64,000 bases of DNA from Octopus sinensis (Eukaryota), in NCBI RefSeq assembly GCF_006345805.1, contig NC_043002.1, positions 23,064,001-23,128,000 on the forward strand, given 5' to 3'. Shown piece by piece: positions 1 through 13,070 of this stretch (position 1 is its first letter; the number at the start of each line of letters is the position of its first letter). The translations under genes and the position numbers were made by a program. The notes below the pieces were generated by a model. That model saw only the letters and a list, made by a program, of their open reading frames with translations. It did no database searches and was not told where the DNA came from.

Positions 1-477
1 ACATGAAGAGAAGACTCCAGAAGCGGAATGTTTTGGGAAGAAAGGACTGAGTGTAGTAGTTGATGCGAGGACAGCGAGATGGGAGGGAGTGGCGCACACG
101 CAACTGGGGGGACGAAAGCTAGAGAAATATGTAGATCGGATTTACTGGTAAACATACATAGCATAATAAATCGTTGTTATTTAAGTTTCCTGTTTCTGTA
201 CCATTTTTAGCAAGGTTGTATTATATATGGATGCGAAAGCACTGGAGCCTCGGCGCCAAGTAATGATTTCAAATTTTGACACAGTTCATAAATTTCTGGA
301 TAGGCGGTAAGACGATTACATCGACCTCAGTGCGCAGCTGGTACTTATTTCCACGACCCCGAAAGGATGAAAGGAAAAATCGACCACGTTGGAATTTGAA
401 CTCAGAACATAAAGGCAAACGAAAAGCCTCTAAACATTTTTTCCAGTGTGCTAACGATTTTGTCAGCTCACCGTCTT

Positions 478-790
<313 letters not shown>

Positions 791-1220
791 TATTGACCAC
801 AAGGGCCGCGAAAAACATTTAGGAGAATACAACAGACAGTGGGGTATTTACATAGAACCGTATGAACAATAAAAAAAGAATTATATTTCTTTTGATTATA
901 GCTTGCCTCGGGCTAAACGACAGGAAAAATGACAACTAAAACAGCAACAATAACAAGTGACAGCAGGCAACTACAACCACTACAATCACAACTATAACAG
1001 CAACTACAATTGCAGCATTGTTATTTTGTTCTAAACCAGTTGTAATTAATGACCTTTCTGCAATCAGAAAGAGCAAAGATCATGGTTTTTTTGGCTTTCG
1101 TTTCTTTTTTTTTTTTTTCGTTCCGTTCTTTTATATCCGCCTTCTTCACGTTTTTCTCCACGTACTTTCTTATTTTCTTACTGTCCCGAGCCAAGAGTTT
1201 TTAAAAAGTATATATAACAT

Positions 1221-1383
1221 AGGCGCAGGAGTGGCTGTGTGGTAAGTAGCTTGTTTACCAACCACATGGTTCCGGGTTCAGTCCCACTGCGTGGCACCTT
1301 GGGCAAGTGTCTTCTACTATAGCCTCGGGCCGACCAAAGCCTTGTGAGTGGATTTGGTAGATGGAAACTGAAAGAAGCCCATC

Positions 1384-1451
<68 letters not shown>

Positions 1452-1659
1452 TGTTGTTTGTGTTTGTCCCCCTAGCATTGCTTGACAGCCGATGCTGGTG
1501 TGTTTATGTCCCCGTCACTTAGCGGTTCGGCAAAAGAGACCGATAGAATAAGTACTGGGCTTACAAAGAATAAGTCCCAAGGTTGAGTTGCTCGATTAAA
1601 GGCGGTGCTTCAGCATGGCCGCAGTCAAATGACTGAAACAAGTAAAAGAGTAAAAGAGT
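1221..1659 (+). mobile_element. tRNA-derived SINE family A, full length (head, core, internal microsatellite, GTAAAAGA tail)
   Basis: Box A/B-like head, then CCTTGGGCAAGTG core. Further copies at 11621-12021, 12212-12611, 14552-14942, 47976-48375, 59342-59775, 59900-60298 (+), 51545-51663 (-) and the inverted pair at 44805-45178. Confidence 0.9.
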
Positions 1660-1839
1660 AAATAACGCTTAAACAGAGACTGAAGATTGCTGTATGACAT
1701 ATGGCGTATTTTATAAATATGCCTGTTAGGGTATCATAAAAGCATGAAACTATTAGTCACTCTTTCAGTTGCGTATCTAAATTGATATTTATCTGGAGGG
1801 AATACTTTTTTTTATCGATTCTACCTCTAGTGGATCTTA

Positions 1840-1896
<57 letters not shown>

Positions 1897-2063
1897 CGTG
1901 TGTGTATGTGTATATATATATACATACACGACATAACACCTCTTCACACAATTCCAGAGCTCCATTAACACACTATGCATACATACATACATACATACAT
2001 ACATACATACATACATACATACATACATACATACATACATAAAAAATAAAATAACTGCGCCCT

Positions 2064-2300
2064 TTTAAAGCCTGGCCAGGCTCATGGGCCCGTATTCCCG
2101 GTTTCAATGGAGTATGTGTTCCCCAGCTGGACGGGACGCCAGTCCATCGCAGCGTTACTCACTTTTGCCAGCTGAATGAACTGGAGCAACGTGAAATGAA
2201 GTGTTTTGCTCAGGAACACAACGCGTCGCCCAGTCCAGGAATCGAAACCACAATCTCACGATCATGGTGCTGACACCCTAACCACTAACCCACGCGCCTC
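2064..2300 (-). mobile_element. tRNA-derived SINE family C (core TTGAGCAAAACACTTCATTTCACGTTGCTCCAGT)
   Basis: Copies at 27937-28178 and 38795-39032. The same head and core occur with different tails at 22555-22870 (+) and 60415-60730 (-); tail-only pieces lie at 19975-20195 and 38480-38670. Confidence 0.88.
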
Positions 2301-2461
2301 TACACATACATGCATACGCATTACAAATACAATATACGCGCATATACTCACATGCACGTTTACATACACAGTAAATATATGTGTGTGTGTGTGTGTATGT
2401 ATATATATTTATATCCAAAAATACATACATAATACACACTTATACACACACACTTCCATAC

Positions 2462-2529
<68 letters not shown>

Positions 2530-2532
<3 letters not shown>

Positions 2533-2716
2533 AAGTGATTTTAAATTCTCAAACGCAGGATAATGCTAATAATATAGCCTGAACAGGATAAGCTGCACCT
2601 ATTTTGCAGAAAAAAGTGGGCCGCCAACACGTTTTTCTGCAAAATAGGTGCAGCTTATCCTGTTCAGGCTATATTATTAGCATTATCCTGCGTTTGAGAA
2701 TTTAAAATCACTTCTT
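2530..2716. repeat. perfect palindrome, 85-bp arms, 17-nt spacer
   Basis: 2530-2614 is the reverse complement of 2632-2716. Confidence 0.95.
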
Positions 2717-2821
2717 CAACTTTCTAAGAGATCTCAACACTCCTAAAGCAAACTTCGTTTGTTTGTTTACGTTCATCATAAATTGAATTTATGTATATTA
2801 TATGTGTATTTGTATATATAT

Positions 2822-2888
2822 GTACGGATGTGCGATTGAGTAAATGTGTACATGAATCGATATGTATATACATACATACATACATACA

Positions 2889-2965
<77 letters not shown>

Positions 2966-3060
2966 TATATTATATATATGTATGTATGTATGTAGTATGT
3001 ATGTATGTATGTATATACATATCGATTCATGTACACATTTACTCAATCGCACATCCGTAC
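2822..3060. repeat. quasi-palindrome: ~50-bp unique arms plus (CATA)n/(TA)n/(TATG)n centre
   Basis: gtacggatgtgcgattgagtaaatg... is mirrored at 3010-3060. Confidence 0.9.
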
Positions 3061-3090
3061 GCTTATCCACACGTACACAGCCCATATCCA

Positions 3091-3129
<39 letters not shown>

Positions 3130-3189
3130 AAACACACACACACACACATATAAAAGGAGATGACTTATCTGACCATTTCCTTTTCCCAA

Positions 3190-4830
3190 ATCGTACATAG
3201 ATTAAATCTGACGTCCTTTTGTCTTGGTACAGTTGAAAGTTGTCTTTTCACCTTTGTTAGCCACTTCGTGCTTTCTTTATGTCTCCCCTGACTGCTCCAC
3301 AGCCTTTCCCAAAATTCTTTACTTTCTTCTGCATCTGGTGTCAGTTTCTGGTGTTGGCCTCCCCCTATTTCCTCAAATAGATGCTTTCTATTTGATTGGA
3401 ACAGTCTATTCTGTTCGAAACCTTTACCTCTTGTATCATATCTTTTCAATTTGGCTTTTAGTGTTGTCCCCTTTTGTACCAATTCTTCATGTACTGTTTG
3501 TTTTCCCCTTTCTTCTGGCCTGTACTGTCCATTCAATTTTCTGATTACTACCTTAATCTTGAGCTATCCTCTCATTATCCTATTCAATTGCCCCAGTTCT
3601 TTCCATGGCTTTTCCAGCTTCATTCGTATTCTCCAGTTTGGTTCTTTCTTTTCATTTGCTTTTATATCTTCAGCTTTTTGCTTGTAACCTACTATTATCT
3701 ACGATATTAGCAGCAGTTATGATTAGTTAGTATGTTTTACTGATGTTTTCTGTTTTAATCAAGCTTAAAACGTCATTTACTTTCCCTGTGACTTTCCTCG
3801 CTTGTTTTCTGTCCATATATTTTACATTTGGCGGTACTTCATTGTTCCCATCAGACATTTTATCTCGCAACTTTACTAAAACCTCCTCTAACATCATTCA
3901 AGTCTTGTGCAGTATTTACAGTCACTTGTCCATCTAGATCGTCTTCATTAGTTACTTTATCAGTAATCTCTGCTACTCTACATTTTCCATCTGTTTCATG
4001 TTCTTCATCTCTTACCCCCTTCATTAGCGTTTTCTGCCACTGCTGTTTCACTCTCCTTCTGCTCTTTTTATTATGTTTCTCTGAATTTCTTCAATCTCTA
4101 CTCTCGTAATCCAGTCGTTCCTAAGGATTACTCCTGCTTGGTCTATCAGTCGCTGATGCTTCAAAACCTATCAGTGATGCTTCAAGACCTATCAGTCGCG
4201 GAAGGTTCAAACCCCTCTTTTTCATGCCATATTCTTAAAATTGGATTCATGAAGCCTCTTTTATTTGGCTCACTTCTCAGCCAGCATTCTATAACTATTT
4301 TGTTTGCATCTTTTGGATCTTTTCCCTTTGAACGGCAGATCGAGAAATATTTTTTGTAACTAAACACTTTCAAACTTCGGACACTGGTAGGATGTGTAAT
4401 ATAAAACATCTTTAGCTCTAATTTTATTCAGCTGAATACACGTCATTGATTGATTGAAAATTACCGAAATACGACAACTTTAACACGAAATAACTTCGTA
4501 AATATAAACTTTTCTTAAAAACGCTAAGAGTAAAAGATGTTTTATATGACACATTCTACCAGTATACGAAGTTTGAACGTGTTTAGTTGCCAAAAATTAT
4601 TTTCCAAATCTGCCGGTCAAAAGGTAAAAATCCCATCTTTTCCCATTTCATTCTCTTTCGTTTGCACTTTTGACTGCGATTTTGGCCCTGACCAATAGCT
4701 TGATGACGACCTGCCGGAGCTTGATCAAATACTCTCTACCTGCCGTGCACGACGCCTTCACTGTTAACAGTTCCAGTCCTGTTAGCGCAGTTGTGATTAT
4801 TATTTAATTTTGACATCACTCATTTAGAGG
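3190..4830 (-). mobile_element. R4/Dong-clade-like non-LTR retrotransposon, decayed 5' ORF region, interrupted by a MITE
   Basis: Translated pieces KDANKIVIECWLRSEPNKRGF and QNRLFQSNRKHLFEEIGG...PDAEESKEFWERLWS resemble the pre-RT region of R4-like elements. Frameshifts and stops are present. Confidence 0.65.
4315..4633. mobile_element. MITE with ~100-bp imperfect TIRs (GGAT...ATCC) and 8-bp TSD catctttt
   Basis: catctttt at 4307-4314 and 4634-4641. The two ends are reverse complements. Confidence 0.85.
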
Positions 4831-5315
4831 TAGCATTTGTAAGGCTGTGCAATTACCAATATTTTTATCTTGACGCCATCACAAGGTGGGTTGCGAGCCA
4901 AGGATCCGACAGACCACAACTACGCTCGTGTGCACCATTTTTAGTGCCAGTCTCGTTCAAGCCATTGTTTTATAACTTTGTATTTGACATTTTCACTATG
5001 AGAATCTTGGTGTTGAGGTGGCACAACCATCGGTGTTTTTATTCAGACACCTTCTCTAAAGGGATTGCTGACCAGGGCTAAAGGGAGCCCTCCTCCAATG
5101 AGACAGGTTTAACTCCGCCAGATGCCAACCTTTTATTTCTTGATCTCGGGACGGGCTTACAGGTATTGCACTTTGCTCAACGGTGACCTGAAAGTAGTTG
5201 GGGTTAAGGGAAACTTTGTTCTTCCCACGTTGTGACGTCACAACCGGATGCAGTTTCATGCAATAGCAGGGCGTGTTATCATTAGTATTATTATCATTTG
5301 CTTGTATTACTGTTG

Positions 5316-5347
<32 letters not shown>

Positions 5348-5349
5348 GG

Positions 5350-6050
5350 TGGTGGTAGCACTGTTCGTCTGCTGTTACGTTCTGAGTTCAAATTCCGCCG
5401 AAGTCGACTTTGCCTTTCATTCTTTCGGGGTCGATAAATTAAGTACCAGTTACGCACTGGGAGAGTGTAATCGACGTAATCCCTTTGTCTCTCCATGTTT
5501 GTCCCCTCTATGTTTAGCCCTTGTGGGTAATAAAGAAATAAGAAACGTTAACACACTGGGCGAAATATTTAACGGTATTTCGTCTGCCGCTACGTTCTGA
5601 GTTCAAATTCCGCCGAGGTCGACTTTACCTTTCATTGTTTCGGGATCGATAAATTAAGTACCAGTTACTCACTGGGGTCGATGTAATCGACTGAATCACT
5701 TTTCTGTCCTTGTTTGTCCCCTATATTTTTAGCGCCTTGTGGGCAATAAAGAAATAGGAATCACACCAGGCAAAATACTTATCGGTATTTTGTCTGTCTT
5801 CGTGATCTGAGTTCTACTTTGCCTTTCATCCTTTTGAGATCGATAAAATAAATACCAGTTGAGTTCTGGGGTCTATATAATCGACTTACCCATACTACCC
5901 CAAAATTGCTGGCCTTGTGCCATAATTTAAAATCACTATAAGGCGGCAAATTGCCAGAATCGTTAGCACGTCAAGCAAAGTGCTTGATGGCAATTCGTCC
6001 ATCCTTATGTTCGAGGTCAAATTTCGCCGGGGTTGATTCTACCACAGGAC
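5350..6050 (+). mobile_element. cluster of head-to-tail SINE B copies
   Basis: Three to four partial, progressively diverged repeats of GAGTTCAAATTCCGCCGAGGTCGACTTTGCC...AAAGAAATA. Confidence 0.85.
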
Positions 6051-7150
6051 TTTTTTATGCCTATTAACTTTCTATCATACACTTTTTGCCGAACCACTAA
6101 TTTTCGGGAACATAAACAAACTTACCTGATTGTTAAGCTACTAAAGACAAACACAGTTGCGCACGCACACACAGTCACATATATGTATGCATGTATGTAT
6201 GTATGTATGTATGTATGTATGTATGTATGTATGTATGTATGTGTGTGTACGTGTGTGTGTATGTATGTATGTATGTATGTATGTATGTATGTATGTATGT
6301 ACGTATGTATGTATGTATGTGTAGTAGAACCTGGCTAAAAATAGTACGGATACAGGAAACTTAAAGAACAACGGTTTATTATGCTATGACTGTGTATGTT
6401 TACCAGTAACTCCGACTTACTCATCTCTACTTTTCGTCACCCTTGTTGCGCGTGCTTCACCCCTACCATCTCACTATACTCGCACCAATTACTATATCCA
6501 ATCCTTTCTTCCCAAAACATTATCCGTCTGGAATCTTTTCTTCATGTTTTTCTTTTTTTGTGGGGGTGGTTACTGGATGTTTTAATCTGCAACAGTTTAG
6601 ATAGAACATCAGTGATTTCAAGCTCACCAGTCTCAGAGGTGTCTATAAAGCCCATGAGCAGTTTATTTATTCAGATTTAATACGTTATTAAAAAAATAGA
6701 ATTTTCTATTTATGACGAATGCAAATATTTATCTCTGAACAATAAAACAGGTAATGATACGACTTAAACTCGAAATAAACGAGTGTAAGGAGTGACTAGC
6801 TTATTTAGGTAAATATTAACGGAATTATATATAATGTTTATTTATGTCGTAGACGAGTTAAATTAACGAAGTAAAGTCATTTACTGCCTGAAAGAAAGAA
6901 GTGAAAGATAAACGATGAATGTAAATACCGCCCGTGCGAACGATATATTGTGCAGCGTTAAGATTTGAAAGACTTAAATATAGGAGCAGCACGGGTGTGT
7001 TTTAGAAGCCTGCTTTGTCATCAGGTGGTATTTGGTTCAGTCTTATTGTGCAGTATCTTGGTCACGTGTCTTCTGCTCTAGCACCCTGGGTCAATTAATG
7101 CCTTATGAGATAATTTAGTAGACGAAGCCCAGTCTATATGTGAGTGTGTG

Positions 7151-7196
<46 letters not shown>

Positions 7197-7214
7197 TGTG
7201 TAGATAGATAAATA

Positions 7215-7710
7215 TGTTTCTTTATTAGCCACACAGAGCTGCACACAGACGGGACAGATTACAAAGTAGAGCTTTTCTTTTTAGAGGAAAGAAAAAAAAA
7301 AGGCGGGGTAGGTTTTCGATCAAAGGGGATCGTAAAAGGGAAAGAAAAAGAAAGGAAAAAAAGAAAAAGGAAAAGAAACAAAAGAAAAAAACGATCAATA
7401 GGGATCGTGTATCACAGTGTCATGATGTAAGGTGTAAAGGGGAAAGCAGATAAGGTTTATCCGTAGGAAGAAAAGCCTACGGAAAAGAACACGGTAACCT
7501 CGGTCAATATTGTTACATGTTACCACATTTGTTTACAAGTAGATAACCCTCTGTATTAAATTTCCGGGTTCATAGGATTATGCTCAAGGTGGCTTCGTCA
7601 TTCATACGTGCCATCCTTGCTACATTCACCCATCTATTTTTAAAACATTCGCTAGACAAAACTTGCCTCTCTACTCTCACTTTCCTTTTCAAGTGATACT
7701 TGAAGAAGTT
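7215..7710 (-). mobile_element. 3' end of a non-LTR retrotransposon (Tx1/L1-like ORF2 C-terminus plus 3' UTR)
   Basis: LKRKVRVERQVLSSECFKNRWVNVARM...* followed by a T-rich UTR. The same terminal sequence recurs at about 63650-63750. Confidence 0.5.
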
Positions 7711-7810
<100 letters not shown>

Positions 7811-8154
7811 TGCATGGTGTGTGCGTGTTTGATCTTGTGTTATGTGTCTTTGTGTTGCGTCTTTCCCCCACCATATACACACATTAATATCAGGTAGTGA
7901 CCTGATAGCCGGTTTTGGTTTGTTTAATCCACATAACTTAACGGTTCGGCAAAAGGGATATGTAAAATATGTACCAGATTTAAAAAGGTAAGTACTCTGG
8001 TGAATTTGTTTGACTAAACCCTTTAAATAGGTACCCAGGCATGGCAGCAGTCAAAATAGTAAAAGATTAGAAAGAAGGATAAATTAATATAAATGTTAAT
8101 CAGAATAGACAACTGAAAGATTAAGAGAATAGTGTCGTTAGTATAGTGTTAGTA

Positions 8155-8570
8155 AGGTGGCAAGCTGGTAAATTGGTTAGCATGCCGGGTAAAATGCTTA
8201 GCGGTATCTTGCCTGCCGCTACGTTCTGAGTTCAAATTCCGCCGAGGTCGACTTTGCCTTTCATCCTTTCGGGGTCGATTAAATAAGTACCAGTTACGCA
8301 CTGGGGTCGATATAATCGACTTAATCCGTCCATCTGTGCTTGTTTGTCCCCTCTGTGTTTACCCCGTTGTCTCTAGTAAAGAAATAGGTATTTCGTCTGT
8401 CTTTATGCTCTGAGTTCAAATTCCGCTGAGGTCGACTTTGCCTTTCATCCTTTTGGAGTCGATAAATTAAGTACCAGTTACGTACTGGGATCGATGTAAT
8501 CGACTTAATCCCTTTGTCTGTCCTTGTTTGGTCCCTCTATGTTTAGCTCCTGTGGGCAATAAAAGAAATA
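8155..8570 (+). mobile_element. SINE B dimer
   Basis: The second unit starts at the junction AAGAAATAG|GTATTTCGTC (8387/8388). Confidence 0.85.
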
Positions 8571-9309
8571 ACAAATATAGCAGGTGATCACAGGCAAAAG
8601 TCTCAAGTAAATCTGACGTTACGTTAGAATGGTCAAATAACCAAGGAAAATCTGGAGAGACTTTTTTTAAAGCAATGGGGAGGTTAGAGTTTCCAATATT
8701 ATACCAAAGATCTATGGTGGCGAGATGGCGAAATCGTTAGAACGCCGGACAAAATGTTCAGCGGCATTTCATCCGTCTTTACGCTCTGAATTCAAATTCC
8801 GCCGAAGCCGACTATGCTTTTCGTCCTTCGAAAGTCGATTAAATAAGTACCAACTGAACACTAGGGTCAATGAATTAAGTATCAGTTGCACACGGGGGTC
8901 GATATAATTGACTAAACGCCACTACCAACACCCGGAATTTCTGACCTTCTGCCAAAATTTGTAACCAATATTATATCAAAGATTATATTCACAATGTTGG
9001 CAGCGGAACGCCTAATATAATTTAATTAAAAATTCGTGACAGATTTCCGTTCAGTCAATAAACTGAAATTAAATATCTATTCAGAAGGCATAATGTAGCC
9101 TACGGTAAACAACGTCTCTGACTAAACAGGTTACAACACCTATGAAGTTAAGGGCCAAAACATTCCATGAGGGTAGGGGACTTCTTATCTAAAGACTTTT
9201 TACTATTCACCTCTCCCTTAGATTTACCTACTACCTTTATAAGGACAAAGAATGGTTCAAAATAGAATAATTCATGCCTTGGGAGTGGTCAACAGATAAG
9301 AGCAGGGGG

Positions 9310-9534
9310 CGAGCTGGCAGAAACGTTAGCACGCTGGGCGAAATGCGTAGCCGTATTTCGTCTGCCGTTACGTTCTGAGTTCAAATTCCGCCGAGGTCGA
9401 CTTTGCCTTTCATCCTTTCGGGGTCGATAAACTAAGTACCAGTTACGCACTGGGGACGATATAATCGACTTAATCCGTTTGTCTGTTCTTGTTTGTCCCC
9501 TCTGTGTCTAGCCCCTTGTGGGTAGTAAAGAAAT
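9310..9534 (+). mobile_element. tRNA-derived SINE family B, full length with 16-bp TSD agataagagcaggggg
   Basis: TSD at 9294-9309 and 9535-9550, with a box B-like GAGTTCAAATTCC. Other copies lie near 300-480, 5350-6050, 8155-8570, 8715-8910, 26200-26370, 34460-34550, 45860-46080 and 56330-56850. Confidence 0.9.
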
Positions 9535-9949
9535 AGATAAGAGCAGGGGGTAAAACTCGCAAAATTTGTACGGTTGTAAGCTTAGTATAGAACTCGAGGA
9601 ACTGCTAGTTGTTGTACTAAGTTATGAGAGACCAAAGTATTTCTTAAATACAATGTAATTGCCCGCTGATAATCGGATGAAAACTCAGAATGGTTTTATC
9701 TGCAGCTAAATAAGAAAGAAGCTAATAATAAATCAAAGTATACAATAGCTAATCGAGGCCTCCAGTTAATGCTAGGCGTTTTGTGTTAAAATTGTAAGTT
9801 ACTGGAAAACATGAATAGATTATGTTATCATTATATGAAAGAAAATATTATCTTATCTAAGATAATTTAACAATCGATTTATGTCGCCCTTTCTTGGATT
9901 GATCTACGTGATGGATTGATTTCTATTGACGTTGTCATTATTCGGTTGC

Positions 9950-10510
9950 TTAGTGACAAGGAGCTCAATTTGATCCTGTGTTCCAAATTATGCAGAAGTT
10001 GTTGCACCTGAATGGTTTATACCGTTCAAGGCGCTCCATCTTGTTTTACGAAAATCTTAGGCGAGATTGTTGTTTAAAATAAAGCTGATTTGTGTTGCGT
10101 AGTTTATCAGGTATAGGTTGGCAGTTTTATCGGAATGCACCTGGATTTTATTAGATTCACAAACACTATTAATCTTCTTTCGAAATTCACGATAACGTAA
10201 TTCTTAAATCGAATAATCCTGATCAGATCAAACAGATCATCCACAATATTGTTGAGATGACGGTTTGCTGTTTGCTTTTATATGTTCTAAACATGAATTT
10301 ATCGCTATCAAATTGTTACTTTAGGTCTCAGCGGTCAAAATAGTATGTAGCTATTTAATATTTGTAACGGACATATCAGTTTCCCGTAGGACTCGAAAAA
10401 TGTCTTCCTGCGTCTTATAGCAATATTCTTCGTAGATATACCAATATGCTGCTGCTTATGCATATCAAGATTATGATCAAACAGACTCAACAGCTATAAG
10501 AGCGAATATT
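9950..10510 (-). mobile_element. Penelope-like element, decayed N-terminal ORF remnant
   Basis: Frameshifted pieces STKNIAI, DDLFDLIRIIRFK and KKINSVCESNKIQVHSDKTANLY resemble the pre-RT region of Penelope-like ORFs. Confidence 0.5.
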
Positions 10511-10710
10511 TTTGCTTTCGTTTCAGCCTAACTGTTACTCCTTTTTCATCAAATCCTACACCTTCACTTCTGTTCCTCTGTCAGCTTTTAATAAACCATC
10601 TTCTTCGCTCGTTACTGTCATATGTTTTAATGTTAAAATACATGTAGTTAGGGTTTTGAACTCGCACGTGATTTCTACTCTTGGACCGAGCGATGTGTTG
10701 TGTTTTTGAA

Positions 10711-10792
10711 CATTCGTTTACGGCATGAATTTACACTTGCATGGCTTAAGCTTTGAGACAAGCATATGACTACTGGCAGGATCAACCAGGTA
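10711..10792 (-). pseudogene. 18S rRNA 5'-end fragment (orphan rDNA piece)
   Basis: The reverse complement reads TACCTGGTTGATCCTGCCAGTAGTCATATGCTTGTCTCAAAGCTTAAGCCATGCAAGT, the eukaryotic SSU rRNA 5' terminus. Similarity decays by about 10620, and no further rDNA is present. Confidence 0.9.
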
Positions 10793-11620
10793 TCATCGCG
10801 ATCATCTCTTCATTTCACATTGTTCCGGTCCACTCAGACGTACATGAGTTCCAGTAATAGCTGGGAAGTTCACCCTTCGCCGAACCGGCGTTCCATTCCG
10901 TGGTGGGGCACAGTGTTGCAACCTCGGTTACCTATACCCCAGGGAAACCGAGTTAGGCTTCGGCCTTATGAGTTCTAAGTCTAGGTCTAAATGCTTATAT
11001 AAAAGCCATACTTAAAGATTCAAAATCTAGTTCAATCTTTCAAATGACATGAAGTGGGCTCCAAAACGATATGCTTTTGTTTTGTTTTATTTTGTTGCTT
11101 CAAAAATCACATCTCAGTGGGTAAACTCCGAGTAACAATTAGCGACGAAATGATTTACCAGTTTGGTATTAATGAATACTCTCCTTAGACATATACGTGT
11201 GTGTATATGCTTGTGTGTCTGTGTTTGTCCTCTCCCCCCAACATCGCCTGACAACCGATGCTGGTGTATTTACGTCTCCGTAACCTAGCGGATCGGCAAC
11301 AAAGACCGATAGAATAAGTACTAGGCTTACAAAGAATAAGTCCTGAGGTCGATTTGCTCGACCAAAGGCGGTGCTCCAGCATGGCCACAGTCAAATGACT
11401 GAAACAAATAAAAGAGTAAAAGAGTAAAAGAGACACATCAACATATTAATGAATAATTATATACTATATCTATGCAGAGTACTCTTTCATTTGTAAAACA
11501 ATAAGAAAATGCACGCGCGCATATTTGTGTGTGTGTGTGTGCGTGCGTGCGTGTGTGTATGTGTATGTGTGTGTGCGTGTGTGCGTGTGTGTGTGTGTGT
11601 TGAAAGTTGAACACTTTATA

Positions 11621-12021
11621 TAGGCGCAGGAGTGGCAGTGTGGTAAGTAGCTTGTTTACCAATTACGTGGTTCCGGTTTCATCCCACTGCGTGGCCCTTG
11701 GGGAAGTGTCTTCTACTATAGCCTCGGGCTGACCAAAGCCTTGCGAGTGGATTTGGTAGACGGAAACTGAAAGAAGCCCGTCGTATATATGTATATGTGT
11801 ATGTGCGTGTATGTTTGTGTTTGTCCCCCTAGCATTGCTTGACAACCGATGCTGGTGTGTGTATGTCCCCGTCAATTAGCGGTTCGGCAAAAGAGATCCA
11901 TAGAATAAGTACTGGGCTTACAAAGAATAAACCCCGGGGTCGAGTTGCTCGATTAAAGGCGGTACTCCAGCATGGCCGCAGTCAAATGACTGAAACAAGT
12001 AAAAGAGTAAAAGAGTAAAAG
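11621..12021 (+). mobile_element. SINE family A copy (in tandem duplication)
   Basis: Same structure as 1221-1659. Confidence 0.9.
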
Positions 12022-12211
12022 AGACACATCAACATATTAATGAATAATTATATACTATATCTATGCAGAGTACTCTTTCATTTGTAAAACAATAAGAAAA
12101 TGCACGCGCGCATATTTGTGTGTGTGTGTGTGCGTGCGTGCGTGTGTGTATGTGTATGTGTGTGTGCGTGTGTGCGTGTGTGTGTGTGTGTTGAAAGTTG
12201 AACACTTTATA

Positions 12212-12611
12212 TAGGCGCAGGAGTGGCAGTGTGGTAAGTAGCTTGTTTACCAATTACGTGGTTCCGGTTTCATCCCACTGCGTGGCCCTTGGGGAAGTGT
12301 CTTCTACTATAGCCTCGGGCTGACCAAAGCCTTGCGAGTGGATTTGGTAGACGGAAACTGAAAGAAGCCCGTCGTATATATGTATATGTGTATGTGCGTG
12401 TATTTTGTGTTTGTCCCCCTAGCATTGCTTGACAACCGATGCTGGTGTGTGTATGTCCCCGTCAATTAGCGGTTCGGCAAAAGAGATCCATAGAATAAGT
12501 ACTGGGCTTACAAAGAATAAACCCCGGGGTCGAGTTGCTCGATTAAAGGCGGTACTCCAGCATGGCCGCAGTCAAATGACTGAAACAAGTAAAAGAGTAA
12601 AAGAGTAAAAG
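12212..12611 (+). mobile_element. SINE family A copy (in tandem duplication)
   Basis: Identical to 11621-12021 except for one 1-nt deletion. Confidence 0.9.
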
Positions 12612-12661
12612 AGTATACTGCTAGTTAAGTTGCATGACATATAACCAGTATTTAGATCTCC

Positions 12662-12860
12662 ATGTGCATCATTATATATCAAAAGAGAAAAATGCGAAAA
12701 GAACTGGTGCGTTACAGTCCAATTTTCGTTTTACTTATCTCAATAGTTAGAAAGATCACAGACTACATCTATATAAAAAGCAAGAGATCGGTGATATTGG
12801 TTCATGAATTATCTAATTTATGTCTTGAAGATTATGACCGAACTATGCAATTAGTGCCAG
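12662..12860 (+). CDS. alternative candidate first exon (ORF ending ...MQLVP-G) or non-coding first exon
   Basis: Strong CAG|gtaagt donor at 12860/12861 in the correct phase (1) for the microexon, but the signal-peptide character is weak. Confidence 0.35.
12770..12780 (+). promoter_or_regulatory. candidate TATA box (TATATAAAAAG)
   Basis: Consensus-like TATA about 80 nt upstream of the strong donor at 12861. The background is AT-rich, so this is weak. Confidence 0.3.
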
Positions 12861-12985
12861 GTAAGTTCAGAATCATACAGAATCTTTGACGAAGTGTAGG
12901 TCTAGAAACCTTACCTGGTCCAGATTGCATAATTCAGCCTTAATCTTCACAGAAACAAGTGTAAGATAATGTAATTAAATAAATT

Positions 12986-13070
12986 ATGAATCAGCTCTCA
13001 GTTTTGATTTTTTTATTGTATGTATGCATTTACGTATTCATCAATTTGTATGTGACTGAGATGAGCAAAG
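12986..13070 (+). CDS. candidate signal-peptide exon of the CA gene: MNQLSVLIFLLYVCIYVFINLYVTEMSK(G)
   Basis: A hydrophobic 28-aa leader that would place GSWSY directly after a signal peptide, giving a 322-aa protein. It needs a non-canonical AAG|gcaatc donor, and T-rich intron DNA also translates as hydrophobic. Confidence 0.4.

Larger units (their letters stand above)
11431..12611 (+). repeat. tandem duplication, 591/590-bp units
   Basis: 11431-12021 and 12022-12611 differ by one 1-nt deletion. Breakpoints lie in GTAAAAGA SINE tails. Confidence 0.95.

Noticed and set aside
1221-1290. tRNA genes at SINE heads
   Set aside because: Box A/B-like motifs run straight into SINE cores, and no complete cloverleaf is evident.
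10711-10792. Functional rRNA gene
   Set aside because: Fewer than 200 nt of similarity, and no rest of 18S, 5.8S or 28S.
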